Shown here: positions 16,092-20,606 of the stretch, one piece after another
Layout: the number at the start of each line of letters is the position of its first letter
Numbering within the stretch: position 1 is the stretch's first letter
Notes under the pieces: model-generated
What the model was told of the DNA's origin: nothing
The model's input: only the letters and a program-made list of their open reading frames with translations
Database searches by the model: none
Translations under genes and position numbers: made by a program
DNA from: a bacterium
Lineage (GTDB): Bacteria; Zixibacteria; MSB-5A5; GN15; FEB-12
Direction: 5' to 3'
Length of the DNA stretch: 20,606 nt
Assembly (NCBI GenBank): GCA_043811375.1
Contig: JBDRNJ010000067.1
Location: 1 to 20,606, forward strand

Positions 16092-16121
16092 ACGGTCGGT
16101 CCGAATTAACGGACCGACCGT
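16092..16121 (-). terminator. Terminator hairpin downstream of the beta-barrel gene
   Basis: Perfect 12-bp stem ACGGTCGGTCCG / CGGACCGACCGT with loop AATTAA; short T run on the minus strand. Confidence 0.7.
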
Positions 16122-16150
16122 AATCGTTAATGCTTTGTCCGCCGGAGGTC

Positions 16151-16720
16151 TTAAAAAGCTACGGCGCTGACGAGAATACTGAAGTGACTGTTATCGAAGG
16201 AAACAGCCGATCGTGAGGTCTCCCCCGCTGCCAGATAGCCGCCTACCTGAACGTGCTTGGTAAACTCATAACCGGCGCCGAATAAAATGGCGCCGCCCGC
16301 ATCGTTGCGCCTGTATGCCTCTACATCCCATACGTACATACCAATACCAACGGCAGTATAAAATGACGCTCCCTGGGGACCGAAGTAATGATACCAGACG
16401 GCACCGTTAAATCCCTGACTGATCTTCTTGCCATCCAGTATCCCAAATTCTGACTCAAAAGAAACGACATTTGCTTCAAAAACGATCATGTTGTAGTTGT
16501 CCCAGGCATACCCCATCAGGACATTCAGCGCGCCACCACTGCCGGTCTCGTCATTGATGCGCGGCGGGTTGAAGACAGGTCGCTCGGCTTCCCACTTGGC
16601 ACTGGGGCAGAAACCCAATCCGCCGCCGATCACAAACCCGCGGCGCTGGTCATCAAAAGCTGATACGGTGGTCATCATCACCGCCCAAATCAGCACAGTC
16701 ACAATTAGCGTTCGTTTCAT
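16151..16720 (-). CDS. Small outer-membrane beta-barrel protein
   Basis: Sec signal peptide (MKRTLIV...VSA); alternating amphipathic strands (GFVIGGGLG, GAVWYHYF, ILFGAGYEF); C-terminal Phe; SD GGAGGTG. Confidence 0.75.
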   Translation of the reverse strand: MKRTLIVTVLIWAVMMTTVSAFDDQRRGFVIGGGLGFCPSAKWEAERPVFNPPRINDETGSGGALNVLMGYAWDNYNMIVFEANVVSFESEFGILDGKKISQGFNGAVWYHYFGPQGASFYTAVGIGMYVWDVEAYRRNDAGGAILFGAGYEFTKHVQVGGYLAAGETSRSAVSFDNSHFSILVSAVAF

Positions 16721-16750
16721 TTCACCTCCATAAATAAGAAATTGTTTGCA

Positions 16751-16779
16751 AACTTACAAAAATTGGCTGCCACTGTCAA
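16751..16779 (-). promoter_or_regulatory. Sigma70-type promoter of the beta-barrel gene
   Basis: Minus strand TTGACA (16779-16774), 17 nt, TAAGTT (16756-16751). Confidence 0.55.
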
Positions 16780-16834
16780 GGTATGTAGCGGCAGATCGGG
16801 ACAGTCGGCCAGGTTCCCGGTATCGGATTAACTA

Positions 16835-16863
16835 TTGACCGACAGTACGAGGTAAGCTTTATT
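16835..16863 (+). promoter_or_regulatory. Possible sigma70-type promoter of the MFS gene
   Basis: TTGACC (16835-16840), 17 nt, TTTATT (16858-16863); divergent from the barrel promoter. Confidence 0.4.
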
Positions 16864-16898
16864 GGTATGAATGTCAACCTCTTGATCCGGGAAAACAC

Positions 16899-18374
16899 AT
16901 GTCGACACCATCAGCTCCGGCAACGGAATCGACCACCGTGACCAATAAAGAGGGGCTGCTGTCACAACTGACTTCTCTCCCCCGACCGTACTGGATGGTC
17001 AACATCATGGAGATGCTGGAGCGCCTGGCCTATTACGGCGTGCGGGTGGTCATTCCCATCTACATCGCCCAGGCGGATGAACCGGGCGGGCTGCATTTCA
17101 CCCAGATTGAAAAAGGTCAGATATTTCTCTGGTGGGCATTAGTGCAGTCCCTGGTTCCGATGGTCTCCGGCGGTTTCGCCGATCGGTACGGCTTCAAGAA
17201 AACCATTGCAGTGTCAATAATCATCAAGATCGCCGGATACCTGCTGATGGCCACCCAGCGCGAGTTCTGGCCGTTCCTGTTCGGTTGCTGCGTGCTGGCT
17301 TTTGGTACGGCCATATTCAAACCGGGCGTGCAGGGAACTATGTGTCAGGTACTCTCCAGGAAGAGTTCCTCGGTAGGCTGGGGGACATTCTACATGCTGG
17401 TCAATATCGGCGGTTTCCTGGGACCACCGCTGGCGCATTTCCTGTACGGTGTCTCCTGGCCGATGGTGTTCTACGGCTGCGCCGCAGTCGTCTCGCTCAA
17501 TTTCCTGATGCTGCTGACTTACAAGGAGGTCCCGGCCGGGGGCGAGCAGAAAGGCAACCCGTTGCATGTGCTGGCCATTACCGCCCGCAATTTCATAAAC
17601 CTGCGCCTGGTCGTGTTTATCGTTATCATGTCGGGCTTCTGGCTGATGTTCATGCAGTTGTTTGACATGCTGCCCAACTTTATCGTCGACTGGGTCGACA
17701 GTTCGAAGCTGGTGGCCGATCTGCACCTGCCGGAGTTCATGCTCCAGTTTCATTCGACGCGCGGACCGCAACTTTCCCAGGAGTGGATGATCAACGCTAA
17801 TCCGGGATTGATTATTATTGCGGTAGTACTCATTTCCTGGATGGTGGCTCGCTTGCGGCGGGTGCTTTCCATTACACTCGGTATCACGGTGGCTTCAGTA
17901 GGGCTGGTACTGGCCGGATTCACGACATCCGGCTATTTCTGCATGATAGGCATTCTGGTCTTCTCGGTTGGCGAGATGTTGTCCTCGCCCAAAATGAACG
18001 AATACCTGGGCGTTATCGCACCCGAAGGCCAGAAGGGATTATACATGGGCTACGCCAATGTCCCGGTTGCCGTCGGATGGGGCTGCGGCTCTTGGCTGGC
18101 CGGACACGCATACAGCGAGATGGGTGACAAGGCCAACCTGGCGCTGGACTACCTGACCAGGAACTATAATATCGTGGATGTCGCCCGCACAGACGCCATG
18201 AACAAGCTGATGGAAGTTACCGGTATGAACGCCGTCGATGCCACCAACATGCTCTGGTCGACTTACCATCCATACAAGCTCTGGTACCAGTTTGCGGTTA
18301 TCGGTCTGGTGTCGGCAGTGGGGATGCTGCTGTATTCTTTCTGGGTACGCAAAGACCGGACAATGAATGAGTAA
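16899..18374 (+). CDS. MFS transporter, POT/PTR (proton-dependent oligopeptide)-like
   Basis: ExxER motif (EMLERLAYYG); GGFADRYG; FKP; FYMLVNIGGFLGP; VGEMLSSP; about 12 TM segments. Confidence 0.85.
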   Translation: MSTPSAPATESTTVTNKEGLLSQLTSLPRPYWMVNIMEMLERLAYYGVRVVIPIYIAQADEPGGLHFTQIEKGQIFLWWALVQSLVPMVSGGFADRYGFKKTIAVSIIIKIAGYLLMATQREFWPFLFGCCVLAFGTAIFKPGVQGTMCQVLSRKSSSVGWGTFYMLVNIGGFLGPPLAHFLYGVSWPMVFYGCAAVVSLNFLMLLTYKEVPAGGEQKGNPLHVLAITARNFINLRLVVFIVIMSGFWLMFMQLFDMLPNFIVDWVDSSKLVADLHLPEFMLQFHSTRGPQLSQEWMINANPGLIIIAVVLISWMVARLRRVLSITLGITVASVGLVLAGFTTSGYFCMIGILVFSVGEMLSSPKMNEYLGVIAPEGQKGLYMGYANVPVAVGWGCGSWLAGHAYSEMGDKANLALDYLTRNYNIVDVARTDAMNKLMEVTGMNAVDATNMLWSTYHPYKLWYQFAVIGLVSAVGMLLYSFWVRKDRTMNE

Positions 18375-18474
18375 GCGGAGGCCGCGCGGGCTGTTCTGGT
18401 CGGGGAGGCAGAAGCCACGAACGTCGCCTGTTTTTATGGCAAGGTGCGGTTCAGCTAGGCGGATAATGACAGGC

Positions 18475-20379
18475 TCAGAACGTGCTGTGTATCTTCATGA
18501 GCAGTACTTCCCGTCCGTTATCACCCGAATCCATATAACCAGCAACAATGATACCCCCGTCCGGTGCTTCCGCCAGCGCTGTGGCGCAACTGTGATACTC
18601 GCCTGTCAGCACCAGGTGGTTGGAAATATTACCATTGTGATCAATTGAAACAATAGCTGCCCGGTTGTCTTCATGTCCTGCTACGATGTACTTGCTGAGA
18701 GAGTGAGCCAGTAAGTCACTTGGTACTATCCTCGGTTGACTTTCCAGTGAAGTCTCCCATTCTATCATCCCCACCAGATCTGTCTTGATCAGAGCGTAAC
18801 CGTAGTAGTGCTGTCTATCCAGGAAAGCTAAACCCAGGCTAGGAGACCAAGAGGCACCTACCCAACCACCCTCATACTCAAGACCGGAATAGACCTGACC
18901 GTATCTGTACCATATGTCGGCTCCACCGGAATCAACACCTTGGATTACGTGGTGTTGCTCTGGAGGACCGCAGTTCACATGCCCCCACCACGGCCAGGAA
19001 ATATCCTTCCAGACAAATACGAATGAAGTGTCCGAGGTCGTCACCACATCATAACCATACCCCTCACCATAGTATCCGTATTCAATACAGACGCTAATGC
19101 CTTTGTATTGTACTCGCCATTCCTCACCGCCGTCCGAATCGACTTTCATTAGAAGCGCCTTACTCCGACCGCCACCACTGCCAGCAAGAATGTAACCACT
19201 ATTCCCCACTCTATCGAGTGCCCGAATCCTGCCCGTACTGACAGAATCAAGCGGAAACGTCGCCCACATGTAATCTCCATCAGCATCCGTCTTCAGTAGA
19301 TTGGCTCGCCCGCTGTTACTTCCCAGAGCATCAGTCAGCCCCACCATAACATAGCCACCATCGTCGGCTATCACCAGATCGTTTACATAATCATCAGTGG
19401 GGCCGCCAAACGTTTTCTCCCAAAGCATGTCGCCGTCGCTATCTGTCTTGACAAGGTAGACATCGTCGTAACCCGCACCGTACGAGTCGGTTTTACCGGC
19501 AATCACGATATCGCCGCCAGAAGTGACAACGACCGCTGCGGCCTCTTCGTTTCCCGATCCGCCCCAGGAACGTATCCAGATAAAAGCACTGGTATCAAGC
19601 GTCTCCCCAACAGCGACATTGGACAACACCGAGATGTTGTCGGATTCGTCGACTGCCTTCACGGCAAAGTAGTAAGTGCTGTTCTTGGTCAGGTCGGTGA
19701 CCTGATACTGTTGAACCTGGCCTGCCATTTGCGGTGTCGGTTCGCCATCAAGCTGCTGAGCCGCGTCCCATGATTGCGCTGTTATCAACTGATCATCGAA
19801 CCGGATGTCATAGGCGGCAACAATACCGATGCTGCCGTCATCGCCGGGAGCTGACCAGGTCAGTATCACGGAAGCCGTATCCTGGCTTGCTACCGAGAGA
19901 TCAGCAATCCGGGCCGGTGCCGTCGTATCGGCAGCATGGACCGACACCACATTGGACAGGTCCGAACAGTTACCGGCGTCGTCGGCAACCTTGAGTCCAA
20001 CGTAACAAATGACTCCAGAGTCCAATCCTATGATCGTATGTGTCTCCAGCTCACCGGGTACCGAGGGCACCGTCACCGACGTATCCCTTACAGCCCGATC
20101 CCAGTTGCAGCATGTTATCGGTGTCGTGGAATGCCTCAGGTCATATTCCGATGCGGTCCCTACGAGACTGTCATCACCGGATGCCGTCCAGATCAGCACC
20201 GCCGACGTGTCAGTTGAACTTAAGACGTACAACGTGGTGACTGCTGCCGGGGGAATGGAGTCAGCATTATTTAGTCCGGTGGATCCGTCTGGCTGGATTG
20301 ATGTACTGTCGCAGGACAGCAACCACAGCGACCATAAACCTGTCAAAATACCAACAGTAAAACGCCCTACATGCACCAT
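18475..20379 (-). CDS. Putative lipoprotein with two FN3-like repeats and a C-terminal beta-propeller-like repeat region
   Basis: Lipobox-like LLSC; paired D..P.A...L...WTA.GDD..G.A..YD.R repeats; WIRSWGGSGNE / WEKTFGGPTDD and KTD.DG..W blade repeats; SD GGAGG. Confidence 0.7.
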   Translation of the reverse strand: MVHVGRFTVGILTGLWSLWLLSCDSTSIQPDGSTGLNNADSIPPAAVTTLYVLSSTDTSAVLIWTASGDDSLVGTASEYDLRHSTTPITCCNWDRAVRDTSVTVPSVPGELETHTIIGLDSGVICYVGLKVADDAGNCSDLSNVVSVHAADTTAPARIADLSVASQDTASVILTWSAPGDDGSIGIVAAYDIRFDDQLITAQSWDAAQQLDGEPTPQMAGQVQQYQVTDLTKNSTYYFAVKAVDESDNISVLSNVAVGETLDTSAFIWIRSWGGSGNEEAAAVVVTSGGDIVIAGKTDSYGAGYDDVYLVKTDSDGDMLWEKTFGGPTDDYVNDLVIADDGGYVMVGLTDALGSNSGRANLLKTDADGDYMWATFPLDSVSTGRIRALDRVGNSGYILAGSGGGRSKALLMKVDSDGGEEWRVQYKGISVCIEYGYYGEGYGYDVVTTSDTSFVFVWKDISWPWWGHVNCGPPEQHHVIQGVDSGGADIWYRYGQVYSGLEYEGGWVGASWSPSLGLAFLDRQHYYGYALIKTDLVGMIEWETSLESQPRIVPSDLLAHSLSKYIVAGHEDNRAAIVSIDHNGNISNHLVLTGEYHSCATALAEAPDGGIIVAGYMDSGDNGREVLLMKIHSTF

Positions 20380-20606
20380 ACCCTATCCTCCCGGATATTT
20401 GCATGATTGCTTATCCATTAGAAAACTGCTATTTTATAGACGCTTTGTCAAGTTTAGCGTTTAATAGGTAGTGCAAGGATTATTGTGTAAATTGAGTTAT
20501 GTGGTTTTCCCTGAGTCTTTGGTTCAGTTCAATTACCTGAGTGTATACTATCCTTTCACAGCTTTGTTCATCCCGAAAAGAGTCGATTAATCTGACTCTT
20601 CGTCGG

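Noticed and set aside
18475..19200. Diversity-generating retroelement target
   Set aside because: No reverse transcriptase, no template/variable repeat pair and no C-type-lectin/FGE-like domain are visible in the window.

Overview
Bacterial chromosomal window, most consistent with an FCB-superphylum organism such as Zixibacteria. This is inferred from a QNYPNPFNP-type C-terminal sorting-domain protein, FN3 lipoproteins and the rplM-rpsI-rpsB-tsf gene order. Left to right: the right end of a probable IS481-family element (1-141); a secreted cohesin-like/T9SS-sorting-domain protein; a minus-strand sxtJ-like / O-carbamoyltransferase / DUF5989 (sxtK-like, absent from the ORF track) / SGNH hydrolase module; an extended SDR epimerase; and an AT-richer rsmE bracketed by a degenerate 42-bp direct repeat. 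Next is an AT-rich, tightly coupled three-gene operon directly downstream of an initiator tRNA-Met: Dam-family adenine methyltransferase, 4-TM membrane protein, DGQHR/DndB-like protein, with no nuclease. This is the best candidate for an undescribed anti-phage system. It is followed by the housekeeping cluster rplM-rpsI-rpsB-tsf-pyrH-frr, an LpxH-like phosphoesterase, an orphan beta-class DNA methyltransferase coupled to a degenerate LeuD-like protein, an outer-membrane beta-barrel, a POT/PTR-type MFS transporter and an FN3/beta-propeller lipoprotein. All family calls come from motif recognition by eye; no searches were run.
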